A stretch of 64,000 bases of DNA from contig CM075977.1 in NCBI GenBank assembly GCA_038087875.1, positions 103,044,001 to 103,108,000 on the forward strand, written 5' to 3'. The notes under the pieces were generated by a model. The model made no database searches and was not told the DNA's origin. It saw nothing but the letters and a program-made list of their open reading frames with translations. Numbering within the stretch: position 1 is the first letter of the stretch; every line of letters starts with the position of its first letter. A program made the translations under genes and the position numbers. Below, piece after piece: positions 13,901 through 26,957 of the stretch. This DNA comes from Malacoraja senta. Lineage: Eukaryota.

Positions 13901-14227
13901 CTTCTGAACTTCTGTGATGGTTTGGCATTCAACTAACTGTGTGGTCTGTAGAACTGGATACAGTTAATCACCTGAGATGTAACTCGTGATTTATTACAGT
14001 TTACCCTAGGGTCTATCTTTTCTCTTCTAGAGTGTAAGATGTAAAGCTAAGATCTTGTTTGCTTTTATGTCAACCAGTCAAGTTAGATTCCTACTTTCAA
14101 AGAACTGTGTATATACACTGCCATGTTTCTCTGTTTTTGCAAATTCTTATAAAACTCTATCATTTATGTGGTGTCAGAATAGCTTACTGATAGTTGTGCA
14201 TCTTCAGTCCTATCCAATGACGAATCA

Positions 14228-14540
14228 AGGCGGTGCAGCAATAGAGTTACTGCCTTACAACTCAGGAGAACCGGGTTCGATCCTGACTACGGGTGTTGCC
14301 TGTACAGAGTTTGTACGTTCTGCACGTGACCGCGTGGGTTTTTGTCAGGTGAACCGGCCACACTCCAAAAACGTACAGGTCTGTAAGTTAATTGGCTTCC
14401 GTAAAAATGTTAAAATGTCGTAGTTTGTCCTATAATGTTAGTGTTCAGTAATTATAATGTTAGTGCGCACGGACTCGATGGGCCAAAGGGCCTGTTTCCA
14501 CGCTGTATCTCTAAACTAAACTAAACTAAACTAAACCTAA
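14228..14540 (+). mobile_element. tRNA-derived SINE
   Basis: B-box GGTTCGATCC, conserved core and (CTAAA)n tail. Confidence 0.85.
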
Positions 14541-15451
14541 ATGAGCACTGCATAAATCAAAGCTGAATTATGTATACTTATCCTGAAGGTAAAGTTATTA
14601 TTGCTGTTTGCATTCCATCAAGAACTGGGCAGCATTGCACGTTGCCAAGAAAGGGTTTTAGGCCTGATGTGGAGTTTATGTGTCGTGGAAATGGATGTCA
14701 GTTGATAAGAAAGGCTACAATCAACTCCTCAGCCAAAGCATCATACCATCCATAGGAAGATCAACAGCAAAACGGTGTTTTCCCTCAGCATGTCTTGTGT
14801 AAAATAGCAGTTCATTGATCACTTCCAGGTAGCCGTAGGAGGCCCCGAAAGGTGGCAAAGTTACACTTTATTATGTTCTGCCCGATTCACCCCGATTGTC
14901 GAGCTGATAACTGACATGTGCAATGTTTTCAGCCACATCCATCTTGTCAATTCATACGCCTTCCAGGTAGTACCAGCGTTAGTTGCCTCATTCTCCCCTT
15001 TTGCCCATACCAACCCATCCCCAGCTTGTGGAAGTGTATCTGGAGTTTGGAGATACAGCGCGGAAACAGGCCCTTCAGCCCCCTGAGTCCGCACCGACCA
15101 GCCATCCCCACACATTAACGCTACAATATCTAGAAAGGAAATTGTATAAGCAGGATTGAGAGTGCAAGTTGGATAGATGGGGATATGAAATGTGTAGAGT
15201 TTGCAAGGTTAGTGGGACAGAAGAGTGATGTGAATACAGAAGTTTTTGAAAGCAGAGCAAAGGTGAGGTGACCATATAGGTTCTGTAGGTGAGTGTGCAA
15301 ATGGAACCACCATCCTGAGTTGAACAGGACATGATCCTAAACTAAATCTGCAATGTGGCTCATTGTTACTACTGACAATCACCTACACTATGTTCAGCCA
15401 ATCTTTCATTGTGGCAGCAAGCAATCTTACCTTCCCCTGCCCCTGCTACAG

Positions 15452-15830
15452 AGGAAGGAATCACATACAAGGAATTTGCCATGGTGCTCCACCCGCAAGT
15501 GACGACATGACATACAGTGACAGTTAGGAATGACACATAAAACATTAAACATTAATAATTAAACACTATCGATTAAACATGTGAATGAAATAAAATACCA
15601 GAACAAAAGGAGGCTACAGATTTTTGGTTATTGAGTAGAGCAACTACTCGTGGAAAAAAGCTTTTTTTTATGTCTGGCTGTGGCAGCTTTGACAGTCCAG
15701 AGTCGCCTTCCAGAGGGAAGTGATTCAAAGAGTTTGTGGCCAGGGTGAGAGGGGTCAGAGGTAATCTTACCCGCTCGCTTCCTGGCCCTTGCAGTGTACA
15801 TTTCGTCAATGGAGGGAAGGTTGCAGCCAA
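15452..15830 (-). mobile_element. Rex1/Babar LINE 3' fragment
   Basis: DPSHPGHKLFESLPSGRR and SFFPRVVALLN. Confidence 0.8.
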
Positions 15831-16096
15831 AGAACACCTTGCTGCAGCTGAACACAACCCCGGGGCAAGCAACAAGGAAGGGAACACTGAAACACACCAC
15901 AACCCTTGGCAATCGTTTTATTCAATATTTGATTTTTGTGATCTGAAGCTGTATCCATGATTTTGATTAAAGAAATAAAACAGAGAGTGGTGTTGGAACA
16001 TGGCGGCTCTCTGCATGCTGTTCCAGAAGAGGATCTGTTGTACCTAGGTACAGTAGGATTTGACTGGATTACACGCAAAACAAACATTTCACTGTA

Positions 16097-16282
16097 GATA
16101 GACACAAAAAAGCTGGAGTAACTCAGCGAGTCAGAAAGCATCTCTGGAGAAAAGGAATAGGCTACGTTTCTGGTCAAGACCCTATGTCACCTATTTCTTC
16201 TCTCCATAGATGCTGTCTGACCCATTGAGTTACTCCAGCTTTTTGCGTCTATCTACGGCATCTGCAGTTCCTTCCTAAACAC
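16097..16282. mobile_element. Penelope pLTR-derived fold-back insertion
   Basis: Inverted arms GCTGGAGTAACTCAG...CATCT and AGATG...TGAGTTACTCCAGC. TTCACTGTA duplicated at 16088-16096 and 16283-16291. Confidence 0.7.
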
Positions 16283-16414
16283 TTCACTGTACCTCTGTGC
16301 ACATGAGAATAAACAAACCAAACCAAAGAAAGTGCAGGTAAAGCAACCTCTGTGGAGTTAGCATTGCATCATATTGCGTTTTCATTTCGAATTTACAACA
16401 TCAGGAGATTTTTG

Positions 16415-16839
16415 TCCGTGGATTCTTCTCCGTGGATTGTCACCTTGTCGTGTTGGAGAAGCTTGTGAGATCGTGTGAGCGATGCCGTCTGGAGCTATGC
16501 TCCTGGTAGGGCCACCTATGGTTGTACGGTCGAGGGGTAAGTCCCTGACAAAGCATTCTAACCAAGATCTCAACAATGGAACAGGTGGAGGACGATGGCT
16601 GACCTTAGTGGAGCGTCACAACGGCTGGGAAGGCGGATGAAGGCTGCAGCAGAAAAGGGTCTCCGGTCGTCTTGAACTCCATGCCATTGGATCCTGACCC
16701 AGATCTGTCAAGGACCGTGGGGTGGCTGCCTGTGCACCAGTCTCCCCACGTTAAACAAAGTCACGCACAGGCGTCCTCCATATAGGGAATAACACCCTGG
16801 GGACACCCATGGTCAGCCACAACCAAGTGGGCCCTAAGA
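16415..16839. mobile_element. ~425-bp non-coding insert resembling an RTE-clade 5' UTR, with 12-bp TSD
   Basis: TSD AGGAGATTTTTG at 16403-16414 and 16840-16851. Near-identical to 46001-46402. The motifs CCTTGTCGTG...ATGCCGTC...GGGCCACC resemble RTE/BovB 5' ends (from recall). Confidence 0.75.
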
Positions 16840-17139
16840 AGGAGATTTTTGATTTTACTTTGTATTTTCAAAATGTGATTTGTCCAAATAGTAATTCCTC
16901 CAGTGCTTACAGCCATTTTATAGCCTGCATCACAATAGTTACATGTAGATTTTACATTTTTGAAATAATTTATCAGTGATTAACTTTTGACTTTCTGCTC
17001 CCTCTTAATTAGAATTCTTCCATTTGTCTGACAAACGTGTGTCAAAATGTGACTTTGCTTATCTCATGAGAAGTTTTATTGCCCTCAGCCTTACAACATT
17101 CTATGTTCATTCTTACTCCAGCTGGGTATGCCTTATGAT

Positions 17140-17460
17140 TTAAAAAAAAACTCTAAATCTCCCCACACCACCCAATCCGTGTCCACCTATATTCCTTCCT
17201 TTGGCTTTACAATTCACACTTCTTCTATCCTTATCCCACACTATTTGTCTTTCCTTCTCTGGCCTTTTCCACCCTTTCGCCCATCAAAAACTCCCCTCAC
17301 CTGTATCCACTCATCACTAACCAGGCTTTTTCCTACCACACCACAATTCCAGCTCTTCCCCAACCCCTTTCACTAATCAATGTGAAGAAGGGTCCCAACC
17401 CAGAATGTCATCTGTCCATTTGTCCGTGTTTTCCAAACAAGCTGCCTGACTCATTGAGTT
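17140..17460 (+). mobile_element. Penelope-like element 3' end / pLTR fragment
   Basis: Pyrimidine-rich CCCCTCACCTGTATCCAC region followed by a degenerate TGAAGAAGGGTCCCAACCC hammerhead-like motif. Confidence 0.6.
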
Positions 17461-17770
17461 TAGTTTAAAAATACAGCGCGGAATCAGGCCCTTCGGCCCA
17501 CCGAGTCCGCATCGACCAGCGATCCCCGCACATTAACACTATCCTACACAGAGTAGGGACAATTTACATTTTTACCAAGCCAATTAACCTACAAACCTAT
17601 ACTTCTTTGGGGTGTGGGAGACTACCGGAGTTCTCAGCAAAAACCCACACGGTCACAGGGAGAACGTACAAACTCCGTACAGACAGCGTCTGTAGCCAGA
17701 ATCGAACCCAGGTCTCTGGCGTTGTAAGCGCTGTAAGGCAGCAACTCTACTGCTGCACAACCGTGCCGCC
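17455..17770 (-). mobile_element. tRNA-derived SINE, full length
   Basis: Minus strand starts GGCGGCACGGTTGTGCAGC, has B-box GGTTCGATTC and the family tail. Confidence 0.88.
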
Positions 17771-17883
17771 CTACTCCACTGCATTGTGTCTTTGTTTTTG
17801 TATTAAACCAGCATCTCCAATTCCTTGTATCTCCAATTCCTAAAATCTACTTACTGCCTCTCCTAATGAGACCTTTAAGTTAA

Positions 17884-18198
17884 GGGCCTGTCCCACTCTA
17901 CGAGCTAATTCAAGAGTTCTCCCGAGTTTCCCCTGATTCGAACTCGGAGAATTACGGTAATAGCCGCTCGTAGGTACTCGGGGCTCTCGTGGACATTTTT
18001 CAACATGTTGAAAATTCTTCACAAGGCTTCACGATCTTACTGCGTTTCCCGAGTACCTGCCATTAGCGTTACGAGCCGCTAAGAAACGTCCCGAGCTCCG
18101 ACGTTCCCGCTACGTACATTCTACGTGCTTATCACGAGTTTTGTTTTGTTTTTAACTCGGTAGAGTTCTTGAATTACCTCGTACAGTGGGACAGGCCC
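17884..18198. mobile_element. Complete MITE with ~45-bp TIRs (GGGCCTGTCCCACT...)
   Basis: Left GGGCCTGTCCCACTCTACGAGCTAATTCAAGA, right TCTTGAATTACCTCGTACAGTGGGACAGGCCC, in a TA-rich target. PIF/Harbinger-like, but the superfamily is uncertain. Confidence 0.88.
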
Positions 18199-18785
18199 TT
18201 CACCTTCATTATGTTGGGTAGACAAAAATGCTGGAGAAACTCAGCTGGTGAGGCAGCATCTATGGAGCAGAGGAATAGGTGATGTTTCGGGTCGAGACCC
18301 TTCTTACGATGTTGGCCTCTTTTCCCATCTTGCTGTTCTAGTATGTAAACTCTTAGCTTAGCCGTATGTCAAGCTTGCCCGATTTTCTTATCATTTACAG
18401 AATTTCCTCTATCACCAGCCAATGCCGGGAAAAAATTCATGATATTACTGACATCAGTGAAGTTCACAAGAAAAGTGTGCTTCAACATCTGTGCAGCTGC
18501 TATGCAATTCACCGTGGAACAAACAACAAATCCTGATTGACCAGCTGTGAACTGCAATTAACAGTCATTAAATAGCTGAAAAGGGGGCTGGGGAGACTGG
18601 GTTTTATTAATTGAATCCATGTTATTGAGGATTATAACAAATAGTTTATTAAAATCCAGGTTCCAGCAAAGCACTGTGAAGAATTTGTGAACGAGGTGCC
18701 TCCTGAAAAAGAACAGGATGGTCACACTGCATGAAAATGACCCATCTAGGAAGTGAATGAAATGGCATAAACTGAAATGACTTTA

Positions 18786-21700
18786 ATAGACAATAGACAA
18801 TAGGTGCAGGAATAGGCCATTCGGCCCCTTGAGCCAGCACCGCCATTCACTGTGATCATGGCTGATCATCCCCAATCAGTACCCAGTTCCTGCCCTCTCC
18901 CCATATCCCTTGATTCCACTATCTTTAAGAGCTCTATCTAACTCTCTCTTGAAAGCATCCAGAGAATTGGCCTCCACTGCCTTCTGATGCAGAGAATTCA
19001 ACAGATTCACAACTCTCTGGGTGAAAAAGTTTTTCCTCATCTCTGTTCTAAATGACCTACCCCTTAAACTGTGGCCTCTGGTTCTGGACTCCCCCAACAT
19101 CGGGAACATGTTTCCTGCCTCTATCCCTTAATAATCGTATATGTTTCAATAAGATCCTCTCTCATCCTTCTAAATTCCAGTGTATACAAGCCCAGTCGCT
19201 CCATTCTTTCAACATGTGACAGTCCCACCATCTCGGAAATTAACCTCGTGAACCTACACTGCACTTCCTCAATAGCAAGAATGTCCTTCCTCCAATTTGG
19301 AGATCAAAACTGCACACAATACTCCAGGTGTGGTCTCACTAGGGCCCTGTACAACTGCAGAAGGTCCTCTTTGCTCCTATACTCAACTCCTCTTGTTAGG
19401 AAGGCCAACATAATGTTCCTCACTGCTGTTTACATACCACCGCAAGCTAACGCTAAGCTAGCACTGGTTAGTCTGCATGATGCTATCCACCAGCTGAAAA
19501 ACAACCACCCAGACGGCGTGTTTTTAATAGCAGGAGACTTCAATCACGCCAAGCTGAAGACTGTAATGCCAACATTTCACCAGTTTATAGATTTTCCTAC
19601 CAGAGGAAACAATATCTTGGACCAGGTCTACTGCAACATTGCCAAGGGCTACAAAGAGTCCCCCTGCCCCCATCTTGGCTGATCCGATCACATCAGTCTG
19701 TACTTAACACCTGCATACAGACCCCTCATTGCAAGGACAAAGCCAACAGTTCGCACCATCATGGTCTGGCCAGAAGGAGCCATGGACAGGCTACAGAACT
19801 GCTTTGAGTACACTGATTGGGACATCTTTAAACAGGCCGCCACTCACAACAACCACACAGACCTCAACACCTACACCTTATCAGTATTGGATTATATCAC
19901 CTTCTGTATGAACAGTGTCACCACACAGAGGACAATACTGACACTTCCCAACCATAAGCCATGGATGAATGGCGTTGTAACTGGTCTGCTGAAGGCCCGG
20001 ATGCAGCTTTCCATCCAGGTGATGCAGAGGCCTACAGAACAGCAAGGTCCAGTTTGAGGAAGGGCATCAGGGAAGCAAAGCACCGCTACATGAAGCGTAT
20101 CGAGGGGCATTTTAACAGCTCAGACTATCGATGCGTGTGGCAGGGCATCAGAACCATCACCGGCTACAACAGCTCCACACACGCACAAAGCGCATTCCTC
20201 CCTGACGACCTCAACTGTTTTTTTGCCAGGTTTGATTGCGCCGACAGCAGTGACAACATACGGGCACAGCAGGGACCCTCACCACCGGTGCTGACTGACT
20301 CTGAGCCCCCACGATGTGAGATGGTCCCTGCAGCACATCAACCCCAACAAGGCCACCGGACCTGACGGAGTACCAGGGCGGGTTCTGAAGCACTGCGCAG
20401 GGGAGCTGACCGCGGTGCTCACGGACCTGTTTAACACCTCCCTGCTGCAGGCCTCCGTCCCAACATGCCTCAAGACAGCCACAATCATCCCTGTGCCAAA
20501 ACAATCAGCCATCAGGTCCCTCAACGACTATAGGCCAGTGGCGTTGACACCGGTGGTGATGAAGTGCTTCGAACGTCTGGTACTGGGACACTTGAAGAAC
20601 AGCATCCCCCCCTCCTTAGACCACCACCAATTTGCCTATAGGGCAAACAGGTCGACGGAGGACGCAATGTCACTGGCCCTCCACTTCACCCTGACACACC
20701 TTGACCAGCAGGACAGTTATGTGTGGATGCTATTCATAGATTATAGCTCCGCCTTCAACACCATCCCCCCCCCCATAAACTAGTCACCAAGCTGGACCAC
20801 CTGGGTCTCAACACACAGCTGAGCAGCTGGGTCCTGGACTTTCTCACCGGCCGACCACAGACTGTGCGCATGGGGAGGCAGGTCTCCTCCAGCATCACCC
20901 TGAACATCGGTGCACCACAGGGCTGTGTGTTGAGCCCCTTTCTCTTCTCCCTCTACACTCTCGACTGCAAACCCACCCACGAGGCTAACACCATATTAAA
21001 GTTTGCAGACGACACCATCGTGGTAGGCAGGATCACGAGTAACAACGAGGCCGCCTACAGGACAGAGGTAGAGAACCTGGTGAGATGGAGCCGTGAGAAC
21101 AACATGATCCTCAACGCAGCAAAAACAAAGGGGATGATCCTGGACTTCAGGAGGAGACCGAAGACCTTCGTCCATCAGCCCATCACCATTAACGGCGAGA
21201 CAGTGGAGGCTGTGCAGAACATCAGGTACCTCGGGGTCAATATCAGCTACGACCTGACCTGGACCGTCAACATCACGGAGACGGCCAAGAAAGGACTTCA
21301 AAGGCTTCACTTCCTGAGGTGCTTGAAGAGGGCACGTCTCCCACAACATCTGCTGGTGAGCTTCTACAGGTCGGCCATCGAGTCAGTTCTCACATACTGC
21401 ATCACAGTATGGTACTCTGGCTGTACCGCAGACAACAGGAAAGCTCTCCAACGCGTTATTAAGACTGCTGAGAGGATCACTGGCACCCAGCTCCCCAGAC
21501 TGGAGGACATCTACCGGACCCGCTGCATCCGGAGGGTCAAGGGCATTATTAGAGACAGCACACACCCTGGACACTGCCTCTTCACCCGACTGCCCTCAGG
21601 AAGACGATACAGGACACTGAGAGCCCGCACGACAAGACTAAAAAACAGCTACTATCATAGAGCTGTGACACTACTGAACTCTATCCCCCTCCCACACTAA

Positions 21701-22240
21701 TTCCCCCCCTCTCTCTCATACACCCGCCTATACTCCCATATGTTTATAGTGTAATTTTTTTTTTTTTAATTATTATTATTTTTTTTATAGTTCTTTTTTT
21801 TAATGTATTTTTATAATCATATTCCTGTGCAACTGGAAGATTGAACCAACAAAATGTCGTTGTCTTGTACAATGACAATAAAGATTATTATTATTATTAT
21901 TATTATATGCCATTAACTTTCTTCACTGCCTGCTGTACCTGCATGTTTACCTTCAGTGACTGATGAACAAGGACACCCAGATCTCTTTGTACTTCCCCTT
22001 TTCCTAACTTGACACCATTCAAAAAATAATCTGCGTTCCTGTTTTTGCCACCAAAGTGGATAACCTCACATTTATCCACATTAAACTGCATCTGCCATGC
22101 ATCGGCCCACTCACCCAACCTGTCCAAGTCACCCTGCATCCTCGTAGCATCCTCCTCACAGTTCACACTGCCACCCAGCTTTGTGTCATCTGCAAATGTG
22201 CTATTGTTACCCCCAATCCCCTCATCTAAATCATCAATGT
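18786..22240 (-). mobile_element. CR1 LINE fragment split by a Rex1 insertion (parts 18786-19411 and 21907-22240)
   Basis: FADDTKLGG, WQMQFNVDKC and VKKVNG in the distal part. Removing the insert restores AAGGCCAACATGCCATT. Confidence 0.9.
19412..21906 (+). mobile_element. 5'-truncated Rex1/Babar LINE (APE C-terminus + RT, frameshifted)
   Basis: [73 protein letters not shown] plus (ATT)n tail. Confidence 0.95.
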
Positions 22241-22735
22241 ATGAAATATTGAAATAAATTTCCTTAAGGTAAGTCAATATATTTGCTAAATGGGCTGAAT
22301 CTCTTGCAGGAACATGATGAGAAATGTTTAATAACATTTATGGTAGTAGTTGACTCCATGTACCCTTAGATCTGTCAGAGAGTAGAACCGTTTTATATGG
22401 CAAGCATGTTGAACTTGCATTCATTCTCTGATGCTGGAAAATTACTGAGCAGTAGAGTTACCCAAGAACAGTCCTGCTGTGTTAGATGCAGGCCAATACA
22501 ATGCTTTGCAGTTGTATTGGCCTGCAGTGGATCTGGACAAGGTGTAAATAGAGAAAATGTGTGAAAATACAAACTAAATATAGGCAAAAAAAGGAGGTGC
22601 AAGTGACTGCAAATAATTTGCTTGATTGAATGATACAACATGGAAACACTCCCTTTGGCCCACCAAGTCCATGCCACCCATTCATACTAGTTATATATTC
22701 ATATAATTCATATATTATTATATTTATTCATATTA

Positions 22736-23571
22736 GTTCCTTCTCGGCCCCTCGGACTCAATCAAAATGATAGCAGGCAGCCTTGGAAGCCTTACCCCAC
22801 TACTCAAACCTCACGTCAAAAACCTTGGCGTGATATTTGACTCAGCACTGAAATTTGACAAACAAGTCAATGCCATGGTAAAAGCTAGCTTCTTTCAGCT
22901 TCGGACGATAGCTAAAATAAAACAATTCCTCCAGTTTGATGACCTGGAAAAGATCATCCACACATTCATCTCCTCCCGCCTCGATTACTGCAACTCCCTT
23001 TACACTGGCATCAGCCAATCTTCCCTGTCCCGCCTGCAACTGGTCCAAAACGCCGCAGCGAGACTCCTGACGGGCACCCGAAAAAGGGACCACATCACCC
23101 CGATCCTGGCCTCTCTCCACTGGCTCCCTGTGCGGTTCCGTATAAACTTCAAGATCCTCCTCCATGTCTACAAAGCCCTCAATGGGCTTGCCCCCACCTA
23201 CATAAAAAGTCTTCTCACCCACTACTTCACCTCCAGGCCCCTCAGATCGGCCGACTTGGGGTTGCTGAATATCCCACGGTCTAGGCATAAGCTCAGGGGC
23301 GACGGCGCCATTGCGGTTGCAGCCCCTAGACTGTGGAACAGCATCCCCTTTCCCATCAGAACCGCCCCCTCCATCGACTCCTTTAAGTCAAGACTAAAGA
23401 CTTAACTATACTCCCAAGCCTTTCCTGAAATCCTCTGAGTGAGGGCTACATGTATATATGTATGTAGTTTGTTTTGTTTGTGCTATTCTTATAACAAATG
23501 TAAAGCACTTTGGTCAACGAGAGTTGTTTTTTAAATGTGCTATATAAATAAATGTGACTTGACTTGACTTG
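22736..23571 (+). mobile_element. L2-clade LINE 3' fragment inserted in a SINE, with 15-bp TSD
   Basis: ORF 22767-23405 contains NLGVIFD, SSRLDYCNS, LQLVQNAAARLL and LHWLPV. (GACTT)n tail. ACTAGTTATATATTC at 22686-22700 and 23572-23586. Confidence 0.92.
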
Positions 23572-24418
23572 ACTAGTTATATATTCTCCCACTTTCTCAT
23601 CCACTCCATACATATTAAGGGTAATTTATAGAGGCCAATTAACCTTCACAACCGACATCGTTCGGGGATGTGGGAGGAAACTGAAGTACCCAGAGAAGAT
23701 CTACATGGCCACAGGGAGAATGAGCAAACTCTGCACAGATAGCACTCGATGTGAGGATTGAATGCAACTCTCCGATGTTGTGAGACACCAACTCAGCCAG
23801 CTGGTTGTGCTGCGTGCAATGAACAGTAAATGACAGATCCAGATAAGGTGAAAATAGGTGAAAATGTGTAAAAATACAAACACAAATTGAAGATGCAAGA
23901 CATTGCAAATGTTTGGAAACTGGAGATGTCTCTATGCTTAGTTCTTTGGCCTCTTTCCCTCTCCCCACCCACCCACCTCAGCTGAGTGATGGTCCTTTCT
24001 CACATTGCCAACACTCCTCCAGCTCTTGGACTATCACACTCCCTTGGCCCCATCATTTGTAATTGCCGACAGAGCATCAACCACCTTGACATCTCCAACT
24101 CTTCACCCACTCCAACCTCTGCCCCTCCAAATGCACAGCTTTCACTCACTCCTCATCAAATCCATGGACGAGGATGGTGTCAAAGTCTGCCAGACTTTAC
24201 TTCTACAATGTGGAGGCCAGTTGGCAGCTTATAAACCTCCTCATACCTCCCCTGGGACCACGACCCAACAATGAACATGCCACTGTTTCCCAGACTTGAC
24301 AAATAACAGATCTCCTCTCCTCAGCCTCCAGCAGGTTATTGCCCCAACTGTGCACTGTTCTTCCCTTGCAGAGTTATTATTTCTACCTGCTCTTATTCCC
24401 TTATCCATGAAGTCTTAA

Positions 24419-26957
24419 AGCCCTGTGTCATGGTGCGAGTTGACCCACGAGGTACCCCGATTGAAAGACTCATGGTTGTGTACGAGATTCCAAGTATGAT
24501 CAAGAGTTTAACCGAGTTCCCACGGGTATGTCTAAGTTTGCCGTTTACTTGTCATTTCTGCGATGTTCCAAGTTCGTCTCCCGAGTTACCAAGTTCCCCT
24601 CCCGAGTTACTCTTGAGCCAAACGTGAATGAAGGTCTGTTTTAATAAGCAACAGTGTTAAAGAAGACATCTCCATCCTGCGGCTTTGAGTTAAAGATAGA
24701 ATTTCAGCACGGCCGCATCTATTGATTTGACCTACAAAGGGAAAATGCGAACCGTCCAGTGCCAGAGCAGTTATACCGATGATTTGTTTGAAACACACAT
24801 CACGTAGTTAGAAGACCAGCGAGCGGAGGTTTGCTATATTTTAATTGAATTTACTGCCAGGTCTACACACTGCGGGAGATGAAATCTTTGAATGTGGACG
24901 GATGTCTCCGCGCCTGCTCGTTCTAAGCGGAATATATTTTTAGATGCCTTTCAAGCCAGGCTTTGGTTTTATTCCTTGTTTCTGTTATTCTCACACACTT
25001 TTCGTGTGTGAGGGTGTGAGAAGTCCATGCCGGGTGCCGGCGGGCCGCAGCTGCTGTTCTTTCACATCAGTTGCACATCAGATTGTTGGGAGACGGAGCT
25101 CAGGGTTCGCCTCCTGAGCTGCTTTGGTGCCCAGGCGTGAGTTGAGGTAGAGGGAGGTTGGGGGGGGGGGGGGGGGGATGCACGGGCGTCATTAATCTGT
25201 CTGGGGTGACAAGGCTCTTGGGTTAGGCTGGGATCATTCTCTGCGGGATGATCTTAGTGCGGGAGAGAAGTGTAGGAGAGGTGTACTGACTGTGTGGGCA
25301 GACACTTTGGTAGTGATTGCCCACCAATCTCAAAAGCCGCTGTGTCTCCCTGTCCCTGGGATAGCAGGGGGCGATCAAACAGCACAATACCCCCCTCCCC
25401 CTCCACGCCAACACGAAGGGCAACGATCCCAAGGCTTTAGCGTCAGAAACAGCGGGCAGGCGACAATCACCCGCCATAACGCGAGAGAGATCATGAACTA
25501 TTGTAGGTGTTTCTGTCTTTCTCCATCTCATTGTTGGCCCTGTCTGTCCCCACCCCCACCCCCACCCCCACCCTTCTGCTTCCCGGCCATGTGTGTGACC
25601 TCTTCCCTCCCCTCTCCAGCTCCCCGCCCATTGCACCGGGCGCGGGGGCTTTGCACTGTCTTCACGTCGGCGATGCCAACAGGTCAGTGCCCGTCGCCCC
25701 GGGGTAGATGCTCGGGGGCTCTCTCCCAGCGCGGCCCCGGACCAGTGGGGTGGGGATGGGAGTCAGCAGGCACGCCGGCTCTGCCACACCATGGGCCACC
25801 GCCAACCAAGCCACCCGTCCACGTCCACACGCTCGGTAGAACAGGAGCTGAGACTGGGAACTGTACCGCCCTTGCCCCCTCCCTCTGCAACTGCAAACAA
25901 CCCCACTCTCCTGCTCACCAAACCCGCCCATCCCTTCTCTCTGGGTATTGAAGGCACTTCTGGTCTGCAGTGTGCAATGGTCACCAAAATACACTGCATC
26001 TTTAGAAAGGAAAAATACAAAACATGTCAATCCCACTGGATAGGCTTTAGTCATGGTGCTGTACCACACGGAAACAGGTCCTTCGGCCCAGATAGGCCGT
26101 GCCGTCCAAGTTGGCATCTTGGGGTAGTCCTATTTCCCTGCATGTGGCCCATAGCCCTCTAAACCCTTCCCATCCATTTATCTGTCGTTAATAACTTCAA
26201 GAAAATTCCTGCAAATGGGTCCAACTCAGAGAGAAGTCTTCCCCCTTTCCTGGGTTAATCGCTCCACTGTTTATAATGCTTCCTGCATTATGAAGTCCTC
26301 GACATTGAAACCCCATGGGCAATCACTACCAAAGTGTCTGCCCACACAGTCAGTACACTTGTCTCCCGTACTAAGTCACCCCAACCCCCCCCCCGCCCTC
26401 CTCCCCACCCCCCCCACCCACACCTTTCCCTCCCAACTCCAGTCTCGTCCCGACCCTCTGGGAAACTGAAGGGAGCGACAATCAACTGCCACGGATACAA
26501 ATAATGTCATACACAAGAAAGGGCAGATGCTGGTTGACAAAAAGTGAACACACGGTGCTGGAGTAACACAAAGACACAGCAGAAATTTGGAAACGTCATC
26601 CCATCACCCATTCCTTCTCTCCAGAGATGCTGCCTGCCCGCTGAGTTAAAGAGTTCCCACGGTAGACTCACGAGTCACTAAGGTAAACGCACGGGCCACT
26701 ACGTTCTTACAACGTGTTTAAATGTTTCAAATTTTAACCTCAAGAGTACATATTACTCGTGGAAAAGTTTCAACATGTTTCAATTTTTCCAAGAGTTAAC
26801 AAGTTTCACGTGTACCTGCCGTTAGCGCTAAGAGTCGCTAAGTTGCATCCACGAGTTCCGACGTTCCCGCTACGTTAATCGTACGTGATTACCACGAGTT
26901 AAATTTGTTTTAAGCTCGGGGTACCTCGTGGGTCAGCTCGCACCGTGAGACAGGGGT
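24419..26957. mobile_element. 2.5-kb non-autonomous TIR DNA transposon with internal cargo
   Basis: Left AGCCCTGTGTCATGGTGCGAGTTGACCCACGAGGTACCCC, right GGGGTACCTCGTGGGTCAGCTCGCACCGTGAGACAGGGGT. TTAA on both flanks. The Penelope remnant continues on both sides. No transposase ORF. Confidence 0.8.
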
